From the NCBI GenBank assembly GCA_951812855.1, contig OX638337.1, positions 1,230,001-1,262,000 of the forward strand: 32,000 nt of DNA. Direction: 5' to 3'. Source of the stretch: an uncultured Lentisphaeria bacterium (GTDB lineage: Bacteria; Verrucomicrobiota; Lentisphaeria; JABSQK01; JAJFLO01). The translations under genes and the position numbers were made by a program. Positions 9,157 to 17,645 of the stretch are shown piece by piece (positions within the stretch are counted from its first letter, which is position 1; the number at the start of each line of letters is the position of its first letter). Under the pieces are notes generated by a model. That model saw only the letters and a program-made list of their open reading frames with translations. It was not told the DNA's origin and searched no databases.

Positions 9157-10983
9157 ATGAAAAACAGTGACATTCTCCAACTAAAAAATTTTTGTGTTAC
9201 CTATAACACCAATCGAGGGAAGTTATGCGCAGTCAATAATGTGAATTTAAGACTGAAATATGGCAATACATTAGCGATAGTAGGTGAAAGCGGGTGCGGC
9301 AAAAGCTCACTTGCTTTTGGTCTGATGAAATTATTTAACAAGAAAGACGTTTCGATCAGTGGAGACCTAATATTTGCCGGGGAAAATCTTATTAGTGCGA
9401 ACGAAAAGAAAATGCAGTTGGTTAGAGGGAAAAAAATGGCAATGGTGTTTCAGAATCCAATGACCAGCTTAAACCCTTACCTGAAAATCGGGACCCAGGT
9501 GATTGAACATGCACAACGGCATTTAGGCCTATCAAAAAATGAAGCGAAAAATCAGGCGATATCATTGCTCAACAAAGTTGGAATCCAGGATGCTGCAAGT
9601 GGTGTAACTCATTATCCTTACGAATTCTCCGGGGGAATGAGACAACGATCAATGATTGCATCAGCGATTGCATGTTCTCCGGAATTGATAATTGCAGATG
9701 AACCGACCACCGCTCTTGATGTTACCACTCAGGCACAAATTCTAGAATTATTGAGCCGTAACGTTCAACAAAATAATATGAGCATGATCATTATCACCCA
9801 TGATTTAGGCATTGTTTCAGGTTTATGTAAAAATATCGTGGTGATGTATGCAGGAACGATTGTTGAAGAAGGAACTGTTTATGATGTTTTCAGCAACCCG
9901 AAGCATCCATACACAAGGTCATTGTTAAAAGCGATTCCTCAGGTTGGTCACCATAGTGCAAAAAAGTTATGTACCATAAAAGGCAAACCACCGGATTTAG
10001 TCAATTATGTATCGGGACCCTGCGTATTCAGTCCGCGCTGTGACTATTCTAAACCGGTTTGCGATGAGAAGAATCCCGAGGTGGTTAGATGCTCAAATTC
10101 TCATCATTACCGTTGCCATTTTGACTTGATTCCTGAATCGGAAGGTGATGATAAAAACAGCAGTTTCATTAGTAACAGCAGTCATAAAAGAAACAGAAAC
10201 ATTATTCTATCAATTGAAAATCTTGAAATTTCGTATGAAAAAAGTAAAAAGAGGAATGCGGTAGATAACGTCAGTCTTGAGTTATTCGAAAATGAAATTC
10301 TGGGTATTGCCGGTGAAAGCGGCAGTGGAAAATCAACATTGATAAAAGGAATTTTAAGGTTGGTAACACCAGCATCAGGAAAAATTTTATTCAATGATAA
10401 GGATATTACAAAACTGCATGATAATGAACTGATAAATATTCGACGATCAATTCAGATGATTTTTCAGGATCCGTATTCCAGCTTGAATCCGCGGTTAAAC
10501 GCATGGAAAAATATTGCTGAACCTCTGATCAACTATGAAAATCTTCGTGGCAAAAAGGCCAGAATTGAAGCAGAAAAACTAATTGAGATCGTCGGTCTCG
10601 ACGAACACCACAGTGAATGTTTTCCCCATGAGTTTTCGGGCGGACAACGACAGCGATTGGGAATCGCCAGGGCACTTGCTGTTAAGCCTAAAATTCTTTT
10701 GTGTGATGAACCGGTCAGCAGTCTTGATGTGTCGATTCAAGCTCAAATTTTAAATTTGATCAAAGAACTTCACCAATCATTAAATTTAACGCTGATTTTT
10801 ATTTCTCATGATCTCAGCGTGATAAACTGTCTGGCCGATCGAGTGGCAGTTATGTTAGATGGAAAAATAGTAGAATTAGCCGATACAGAGACATTATATA
10901 AAAATCCAACTCATAAGTATACTCAGCAGCTTTTCAGTGCGATTCCCGGGATAAATTCATTTACGAATAAACCAGATCAATAA
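9157..10983 (+). CDS. fused double-NBD peptide ABC transporter ATPase (OppD-OppF fusion, GsiA/YejF-like)
   Basis: 608-aa ORF with two complete NBDs. NBD1 has GESGCGKS, FSGGMRQR and IIADEPTTALD. NBD2 has GESGSGKS, FSGGQRQR and LLCDEPVSSLD. A Cys-rich oligopeptide-transporter C-terminal segment follows NBD1. Confidence 0.9.
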   Translation: MKNSDILQLKNFCVTYNTNRGKLCAVNNVNLRLKYGNTLAIVGESGCGKSSLAFGLMKLFNKKDVSISGDLIFAGENLISANEKKMQLVRGKKMAMVFQNPMTSLNPYLKIGTQVIEHAQRHLGLSKNEAKNQAISLLNKVGIQDAASGVTHYPYEFSGGMRQRSMIASAIACSPELIIADEPTTALDVTTQAQILELLSRNVQQNNMSMIIITHDLGIVSGLCKNIVVMYAGTIVEEGTVYDVFSNPKHPYTRSLLKAIPQVGHHSAKKLCTIKGKPPDLVNYVSGPCVFSPRCDYSKPVCDEKNPEVVRCSNSHHYRCHFDLIPESEGDDKNSSFISNSSHKRNRNIILSIENLEISYEKSKKRNAVDNVSLELFENEILGIAGESGSGKSTLIKGILRLVTPASGKILFNDKDITKLHDNELINIRRSIQMIFQDPYSSLNPRLNAWKNIAEPLINYENLRGKKARIEAEKLIEIVGLDEHHSECFPHEFSGGQRQRLGIARALAVKPKILLCDEPVSSLDVSIQAQILNLIKELHQSLNLTLIFISHDLSVINCLADRVAVMLDGKIVELADTETLYKNPTHKYTQQLFSAIPGINSFTNKPDQ

Positions 10984-10991
10984 ATCACACA

Positions 10992-12368
10992 ATGAAAACG
11001 AATAGAAAAACATACTTTTTCTGCGGTATCGGCGGCAGCGGTATGAGCTCAATTGCTCAGGTGCTCAATCATAATGGACATGAAATTTTGGGATCGGATC
11101 GAAATTTCGATCAAAACAAAGGACTTGCTGCTCGTGATTTACTATTGTCCCTGGGGATAAAGCTGTTCCCTCAGAATGGATCAGGTTTGTGCTCAACGAT
11201 TGATGAACTCATTGTTTCTACCGCTGTTGAAGATAGCATTCCCGATGTGCAACAGGCAAAATTGAAAAATATTCCAATCGTGAAACGTGCACAAATTCTC
11301 GCTGAAATATTTAATGAAAGCAGCTGTGGAATTGCAGTCGGGGGAACGAGCGGTAAATCCACTGTGACCGGTATGATTGGTCACATACTGATGCATTCAG
11401 GAAAAAATCCAACTGTTATAAATGGAGCCGAGATGCTGAACTCAAATTCATCTGAATATTCCGGCAGCGTCTATTGTAACGATGGTGACCTGACTGTAAT
11501 TGAGGCGGATGAGAGTGATGGAACGATTGAGTACTACAGACCCGATATTGGAGTCATTACGAATATCTCTCTTGATCATAAATCCCTTGATGAACTAAAT
11601 GAATTATTTAAAAATTTTTCGAAAAATTCTACCAATGCAACCGTATTAAATTTCGATTGTCCTGAATCACGAAAACTCCTTAAGTTAAACCAAAATTTTA
11701 CATCGTTCAGTGTAAAGAATTATGAGGCAGATATTGTTGCAGAATCAATAAAATTTAATGACAGCAGTATAGAATTTAATGTAAAAGAACACGCTTTTAC
11801 TCTGAACTTAACAGGCGATTTTAATCTGGAAAATGCACTTGCAGCAATCGCTGCCTGCAGTACTTATGGTATATCGCTGTCTGACTGTGCCAAAGCACTC
11901 ACAACATTTTCGGGAATAAAAAGACGACTGCAGAATTTAGGGTGTGTAAATGGAGTCACTGTGATCGATGACTTTGCTCATAATCCAGAAAAAATAGCTG
12001 CGACACTTAAAACCTTAAAACGGTTTCAAAAACGTTTACTCGTCATGTTTCAACCGCATGGTTATGCACCGGCACATCTGGCAAAAGATGGACTGATTAA
12101 AGCCTTTTCAAATACGCTTGATGGTAATGATTTTCTTGTGATGCCGAATATTTTTTATTCGGGTGGAACTGCCGACAAAAAAATTTCCAGCACCGAATTA
12201 ATCAATGCCATTAAGTCAAAGGGAATTAATGCAGAACATATTTCTGATCGCAATCAAATCGAAAACTGCTTTTTGTCGCAGGTTGATTCAGGGGACATAA
12301 TAGTTATCATGGGTGCCAGAGATGATACCCTGACTGATTTTGCAACGAGTATTTTAAGGAAATTGTAA
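10992..12368 (+). CDS. Mur ligase family protein, MurC/Mpl type (UDP-MurNAc:L-Ala or UDP-MurNAc:peptide ligase)
   Basis: 458-aa ORF with MurC/Mpl-like motifs: FFCGIGGSGMSSIAQVL, P-loop GGTSGKST, IEADESDG, NISLDH, NLENALAAIA, GIKRRLQ, DDFAHNPEKI and FQPH. It starts 8 nt after the ATPase stop codon. Confidence 0.8.
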   Translation: MKTNRKTYFFCGIGGSGMSSIAQVLNHNGHEILGSDRNFDQNKGLAARDLLLSLGIKLFPQNGSGLCSTIDELIVSTAVEDSIPDVQQAKLKNIPIVKRAQILAEIFNESSCGIAVGGTSGKSTVTGMIGHILMHSGKNPTVINGAEMLNSNSSEYSGSVYCNDGDLTVIEADESDGTIEYYRPDIGVITNISLDHKSLDELNELFKNFSKNSTNATVLNFDCPESRKLLKLNQNFTSFSVKNYEADIVAESIKFNDSSIEFNVKEHAFTLNLTGDFNLENALAAIAACSTYGISLSDCAKALTTFSGIKRRLQNLGCVNGVTVIDDFAHNPEKIAATLKTLKRFQKRLLVMFQPHGYAPAHLAKDGLIKAFSNTLDGNDFLVMPNIFYSGGTADKKISSTELINAIKSKGINAEHISDRNQIENCFLSQVDSGDIIVIMGARDDTLTDFATSILRKL

Positions 12369-12403
12369 TTTCATTGATTCCAAACATGAAATGTGATCAA
12401 AAC

Positions 12404-12913
12404 TCAGGTCATTCTATGAATCGCTGAATAGGTAACAACCGCAGCACAGTTGGCGACATTAAGCGAATTTTTGAAACCAAATACGGGTAAACACGCGACA
12501 GCGTCAGATTGCTCAAAAATCCGTTTAGATATTCCATGGGCTTCATTGCCGAAGACGAATGCAACAGGAAAATGAAGTGGTACATCCCAAATCGGAAAAG
12601 CATTTGCAACGGTCTCAACAGCAACGATTTGATAATGTTTTTTCTTTAAAAAAAGGATTGCATCCAGGCTCGATTCAAACTGTCGGCAGCTGACTCGTTT
12701 GTCACATCCCCTTGCCGTCTTTGCTAATTTTGGATGTGGAGGAGTAACTGTGTATCCGCAAGTTATAATCTCTTCTATCCGGCAAACCTCTGCCAGTCTG
12801 AATATGTTGCCGACATTGTAGGCACTTCGCAAATTATCGAGGATGAGGATGATCGGATGGTTTCCTGATTGGCGGTCTCTGTCTTCAGAGATAACTTGAA
12901 TAGTGTTTGTCAC
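12404..12913 (-). CDS. SpoU/TrmH-family RNA 2'-O-methyltransferase
   Basis: 169-aa ORF with the three SpoU motifs: NLRSAYNVGNIFR, FGNEAHGIS and LPVFGFKNSLNVANCAAVV. Confidence 0.8.
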   Translation of the reverse strand: MTNTIQVISEDRDRQSGNHPIILILDNLRSAYNVGNIFRLAEVCRIEEIITCGYTVTPPHPKLAKTARGCDKRVSCRQFESSLDAILFLKKKHYQIVAVETVANAFPIWDVPLHFPVAFVFGNEAHGISKRIFEQSDAVACLPVFGFKNSLNVANCAAVVTYSAIHRMT

Positions 12914-12955
12914 AACTGGCGTCCGGGGTCTTTGGGGGATCGGTGAAAAAACTGT

Positions 12956-14425
12956 TTATCCGTGATTCTTTCTCATGTGTGATGACGCAATTCCTAAAGC
13001 GTCACGATATTTCGCCACGGTTCGGCGGGCAACCTTGAAGCCTTTTTCTTCGAGCATATCAACAATAGCTTTATCACTTAGTGGTTTTGACGGGTTTTCT
13101 TCACTGATGAAGGCTTGAATCTTTTTTCGAATGCTCATACTGGACAGCGATTCCCCGTCTTCAGCCTGGAAACCGGATGTAAAAAAATGTTTTAAAGGGA
13201 AGATTCCTCGACTGGTACGGACATATTTGTTTGCAATTGCCCGGCTTACTGTTGTTTCATGAACCCCTGTTTCATCGGCAACTTGACTCATTGTCAGAGG
13301 TTTCATGTATTCTTCTCCATTATCAAAAAATTCTTTCTGATGTTCCAGAATTCGTTCGGAGATTCGTTGAATTGTACTTTGCCTTTGAGACAGGCTTTTA
13401 ATTAGTAAATTTCCGTTATTAACCTTTTCCCGGATATAATGTTTAACCTCTTTTGGTGTGGATGGATCTTCTAAGAGTTTTAAGTACTGTGATGAAATTC
13501 TTAACCGGGGAACAAAATCTTTGTTGCTTTTAACAATGTAATTATCGTTTTCATCTTGTTCTATAAAAATTTCAGGCAACACATAATGTTCCGAAGATGA
13601 CTCAACTGCATTTCCCGGCTTAGGCTGAAGTTGCTTGATCTCATAAATGACATCATATAATGCTGCAGGTGAAATTTTAAGTGCCCTGGCTATTTCAATG
13701 ATTCGATTTTTACCAATTTTATCAAGATATTTATCAATGACTTTATAGGTTAATGTGTTTTGTTTGTTTTGCCTTTCGAGTTGAAGCATTAGGCATTCGC
13801 GCAAATCTCTTGCACCGATGCCCGGCGGATCAAGTGTTTGGATGAGCTTTAATCCATCATTCATTTCATCCATTGTTGCATTACAAATTATTGCGAGATC
13901 GGCAAGATGAGTTCGTAAGTAACCGGATTCAGAAATACTGCCGATAATTAACTCACAAATTTCTTTAATGCGATCAGTTGCATTGCTCATTCGCAACTGT
14001 TCCTGTAGATAATCCGATAATGTCTCTTGATTTGTTAATGAATCGAAAAAATATTTTCTTTTTTCGTCATCTCCTTCAAAGGAGGATGACTTGCCATGAT
14101 TTCTGGGCAGGGAATCGCGCCAGGATTCATCAAGCTGCATTAAATTTGCAAGGAATTCGTCTTTTTCAGCTGCCTGACCGGCGGCCTCATCATTGTTGTC
14201 CCGGCCGGATGTTCCGACGTCCTCTACGGGATCACCAACTAATTGAACACCGCTGTTGTCAATACGTTCCAGGGATGGATTTGATTCAAGTTCCTGATTT
14301 ATCAATGTCTGCATTTCAAGAATTGGAGCAGACAGCATTTCCAGCGATAAAATCTGATGAGGTGCCAGAATTTGTTCTTGCCTCATTTCCTGAGACTGTG
14401 AATGATAAAATCCTTGCTGGACCAT
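12956..14425 (-). CDS. rpoN: RNA polymerase sigma-54 factor
   Basis: 489-aa ORF with a Gln-rich N-terminal region I, an acidic region II, an HTH (MSQVADETGVHETTVSRA) and a C-terminal RpoN box (ARRTVAKYR). Confidence 0.92.
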   Translation of the reverse strand: MVQQGFYHSQSQEMRQEQILAPHQILSLEMLSAPILEMQTLINQELESNPSLERIDNSGVQLVGDPVEDVGTSGRDNNDEAAGQAAEKDEFLANLMQLDESWRDSLPRNHGKSSSFEGDDEKRKYFFDSLTNQETLSDYLQEQLRMSNATDRIKEICELIIGSISESGYLRTHLADLAIICNATMDEMNDGLKLIQTLDPPGIGARDLRECLMLQLERQNKQNTLTYKVIDKYLDKIGKNRIIEIARALKISPAALYDVIYEIKQLQPKPGNAVESSSEHYVLPEIFIEQDENDNYIVKSNKDFVPRLRISSQYLKLLEDPSTPKEVKHYIREKVNNGNLLIKSLSQRQSTIQRISERILEHQKEFFDNGEEYMKPLTMSQVADETGVHETTVSRAIANKYVRTSRGIFPLKHFFTSGFQAEDGESLSSMSIRKKIQAFISEENPSKPLSDKAIVDMLEEKGFKVARRTVAKYRDALGIASSHMRKNHG

Positions 14426-14583
14426 GAAAGCTTTTGTTTAAATTAGTTTAGTTTATTGTTTACAAACATGATTAGAAAAATATTATAATCGGAATTAGTC
14501 AGGAATAAAAAAAGTCTGTCATTTTAAGTAAGAGAAACGTACATTTTTTTGACGAATTTACAACTGGTTCAGTAACACTCACT

Positions 14584-15363
14584 ATGGTTGAAATTACAAT
14601 TTTAGGAAGTGGCAGTTCTGGAAACTCCATCGCGATTAAGCATGATGATAATGTTTTATTGATTGATGCCGGGTTTTCAGGCGTTGAGATGGCACGAAGA
14701 CTGGAAAGAGCTGCTATCGATGTATCCATGGTTACAGCGATTTTGATTTCTCATGAACATGATGATCATATTCAGGGTGCACGCATTTTGGCAAAGCGAC
14801 TCGGTAATATTTCAGCATATGCAAATTCGCTTACGACAGAAAGACTGAGGATGGTGAAAAAGGCACCGGAAACAATGAATATCTTCGCAAATGGTTCTCC
14901 CTTTTCAATTGGATCATTTAGTGTTGATGCATTTTCGGTCTGCCACGATGCAGTAGACCCGGTTGGTTTCATCATTCGGTGTGAAAATAAAAAAATAGGA
15001 ATAGCCACAGATTTAGGACATGCCGGCAAAATGGTTCCCTTAAAATTAAGAGATTCACATTTAATCGTGCTGGAGAGCAATCATGACGGAGAATTACTCA
15101 AACAGTCAAACCGGCCTCCCCATTTACAGCATCGAATTCGGGGTCGAAGAGGTCATTTGAGCAATGACAGTGCTGCTGAATTATTGCCGGAATTGATTGG
15201 TCCTTTGACGAAATATCTTATATTGGCACATATCAGTGATGATTGTAATAATAATGATCTTATTAAAAAAGTGATGGGCAGTAAACTAAAAGATATTGGT
15301 CGAGAAGATGTCAATGTTATTATTGCTCAACAACATGAAATCAGTAAGACAGTTTTGATTTGA
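14584..15363 (+). CDS. MBL-fold metallo-hydrolase, YycJ/VicX-like
   Basis: 259-aa ORF with GSGSSGNS, HEHDDH, ATDLGH, ESNHD and RGHLSN, which is the typical YycJ-family motif series. Confidence 0.75.
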   Translation: MVEITILGSGSSGNSIAIKHDDNVLLIDAGFSGVEMARRLERAAIDVSMVTAILISHEHDDHIQGARILAKRLGNISAYANSLTTERLRMVKKAPETMNIFANGSPFSIGSFSVDAFSVCHDAVDPVGFIIRCENKKIGIATDLGHAGKMVPLKLRDSHLIVLESNHDGELLKQSNRPPHLQHRIRGRRGHLSNDSAAELLPELIGPLTKYLILAHISDDCNNNDLIKKVMGSKLKDIGREDVNVIIAQQHEISKTVLI

Positions 15364-15369
15364 TTATTT

Positions 15370-15391
15370 AGAAAATCAAGGATGATTTTCT
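15370..15391. repeat. 8-bp perfect inverted repeat AGAAAATC-N6-GATTTTCT just after the MBL gene stop
   Basis: Read directly from the sequence. The stem is AT-rich with no U-tract, so its function (weak terminator or binding site) is unknown. Confidence 0.4.
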
Positions 15392-15475
15392 GTGACTCGG
15401 GTTCAGTCAGTGAAACCTATCAATTAAATGATCTTTAGTCGTCGTCAATATCCAATTTTATAAAAAGGAAATTTT

Positions 15476-17203
15476 ATGAGATTATCAAAGCTTGTTGGAA
15501 AGCGTATAAAAGAAACTCCGAAAGATGCGCAAACGACCAGCCACATTTTCCTCGTGAGAGGAGGATATGTGCGACAGGTATCCACAGGAATTTATACGCT
15601 TTTACCGCTGGCAAAACGAATAAAGTCCAAAGTAGAGGCAATTATACGAAAAGAGATGAATTCAATTGACGGTCAGGAAATCCTGATGCCGGTTGTTTTG
15701 CCAGGTGAGTTGTGGGAGGAAAGTGGTCGTTTGCAACGCGTTGGACCGGAATTGCTTCAGTTTTCAGACCGAAATAAAAAGAATATGATCCTTGGTATGA
15801 CCCATGAAGAGGCGGTTGTCCATGCTGTTAGATCTGATGTCAATTCGTATAAACAATTACCCGTAATGCTCTATCAGATCCAGACCAAGTATCGGGACGA
15901 AGCCCGTCCCAGAGCCGGTTTAATTCGAGTACGGGAATTTACAATGAAAGATGCATATTCTTTTCATACCACTCAGGATTGTCTGAACACTTATTACCAG
16001 CAGGTACATGAAGCCTACGATAAAATCTTTAAACAAATCGGATTAAAAAATGTTGTGTCCATTCAATCCGACCCCGGGATGATGGGCGGGAATACGTCCC
16101 ATGAATTTATGGCGATCGCTGACTGTGGGGAAGATACAATATTCATGTCACCGGACGGTGACTATAAAGCGAATAAAGATATTGCCCAATCACTCTTAAA
16201 ACATGAGTATGAGGAAGCATTGCCGATGGAAAAAGTACATACCCCGGGGAAAAAAACCATTGATGAGGTTGCAGAGTTTTTAAATGTACCGACAAGTAAA
16301 ACTGGTAAAGCAGTGTTTTATGTTGATGCGGACGACACGGTTGTGTTTGTTGTTATTCGAGGCGACATTGAGGTTAATGAAGTCAAACTCAAAAACTGTT
16401 TGAACATTGAGGAAATACAATTTGCAACAGATGAACAAATTCGACAAATTGGATGTGTCCCGGGATATGCGTCTACCTTAAATATCAATTTTGAAAAGGT
16501 CAGAGTCGTATTTGATTTATCAGCAGCAAATGAACCGAATCTTATAGTCGGGGCAAATGAAGAAGATTATCATTATAAAAACTTCAATTTTTCAAGAGAC
16601 ATGGCTTCAGCAAGCGAAAATATTGAAATTATTGACCTGGCTGTCGTAAAAGAAGGTGATCCGTGTCCGGTAACCGGGCAGCCGTTGATCTTAAAAAGAG
16701 GAATTGAAATTGGCAATATATTTCAATTAGGGACCAAATATTCGAAGTCAATGGGATGTACTTTTCTGGATCAACATGGTAAATCTCAGCATATGATTAT
16801 GGGGTGTTATGGAATAGGCGTGGGGCGTATAATCGCTTCAGTAATAGAGCAGTCTAATGATAAATACGGTCCAGTCTGGCCATTTTCAATCGCCCCGTAT
16901 CATGTGCATATATGTGCCGTCGACAGTAAAAAAACGGAAGTAAAACTCGCTGCAGAAGACTTGTATTCTAAATTCTTAGATGAAAAGACAGAAGTGATTT
17001 ATGATGACCGGTCTGAAAAACCCGGATCGATGTTTAATGATGCGGATTTAATTGGTGTTCCACTCCGGATTATCATTTCACCGAAAACATTGAAACGAAA
17101 TGAAGTTGAATTTAAAACCAGAGATGGATCACGAAAAGAATTTATTGTATTGGAGGATACAGTAGAGTTTATCAAACGTGAAATCGACAAATTCAGGGTG
17201 TAA
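15476..17203 (+). CDS. proS: proline--tRNA ligase (bacterial type with INS editing domain)
   Basis: 575-aa ORF with class-II motifs (REFTMKDAYSFH, GCYGIGVGRI). A ~170-aa insertion domain sits between motifs 2 and 3, and an anticodon-binding C-terminus follows. AGGA lies 8 nt upstream of the ATG. Confidence 0.92.
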   Translation: MRLSKLVGKRIKETPKDAQTTSHIFLVRGGYVRQVSTGIYTLLPLAKRIKSKVEAIIRKEMNSIDGQEILMPVVLPGELWEESGRLQRVGPELLQFSDRNKKNMILGMTHEEAVVHAVRSDVNSYKQLPVMLYQIQTKYRDEARPRAGLIRVREFTMKDAYSFHTTQDCLNTYYQQVHEAYDKIFKQIGLKNVVSIQSDPGMMGGNTSHEFMAIADCGEDTIFMSPDGDYKANKDIAQSLLKHEYEEALPMEKVHTPGKKTIDEVAEFLNVPTSKTGKAVFYVDADDTVVFVVIRGDIEVNEVKLKNCLNIEEIQFATDEQIRQIGCVPGYASTLNINFEKVRVVFDLSAANEPNLIVGANEEDYHYKNFNFSRDMASASENIEIIDLAVVKEGDPCPVTGQPLILKRGIEIGNIFQLGTKYSKSMGCTFLDQHGKSQHMIMGCYGIGVGRIIASVIEQSNDKYGPVWPFSIAPYHVHICAVDSKKTEVKLAAEDLYSKFLDEKTEVIYDDRSEKPGSMFNDADLIGVPLRIIISPKTLKRNEVEFKTRDGSRKEFIVLEDTVEFIKREIDKFRV

Positions 17204-17487
17204 TTAACCCGGGATCAAAAACATTATAATAGAACAGGGTAAATTAATGGACAAACCCGATATTAATACCTTGGGAGATCGTAAAGAGGCGGACTGTTCT
17301 TATGAACCCGTTAAAGAGGAAATGAACCGAAATATCAAATATTGAACGTCGAAATCTCATGACCGGCGATTCAATAATGGTTCCACGTTTCTCCGATTTA
17401 AATGCAGCTGTTCCGACTTTAGCTGAAACAGCGAAAAAATATTTAAATATACAACCTGAACTATAATTTGTTAAAATAATAAATGGG

Positions 17488-17560
17488 TACACCCGCTCGG
17501 GTTCGAACCGAGGACCCAGTGATTAAGAGTCACTTGCTCTGCCAGCTGAGCTACGGGTGT
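17488..17560 (-). tRNA. tRNA-Lys (anticodon CUU)
   Basis: I folded the 73-nt cloverleaf by hand: acceptor ACACCCG/CGGGUGU, D arm GCUC-AGCUGGCA-GAGC, anticodon arm AGUGA-CUCUUAA-UCACU, variable loop GGGUC, T arm CUCGG-UUCGAAC-CCGAG, discriminator A. CCA is not encoded exactly (ACCCA). The A1:U72 closing pair is somewhat unusual. Confidence 0.9.
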
Positions 17561-17645
17561 AAAAATTAACCCGGATTCCGGTCATTCCCCGGTAATAATA
17601 AATCTTATGTGAAACACCGAAAAATTAAACTAAAACAATAACACC

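Noticed and set aside
13978-14427. A 149-codon ORF antisense to the 5' half of rpoN.
   Set aside because: It lies wholly inside a confidently identified gene on the other strand. The peptide has no recognisable motif or start context, so it is a typical shadow ORF.
17244-17492. An 82-codon minus-strand ORF.
   Set aside because: Its start overlaps the 3' end of the tRNA-Lys gene, the peptide is featureless, and it most likely reflects AT-poor chance openness.
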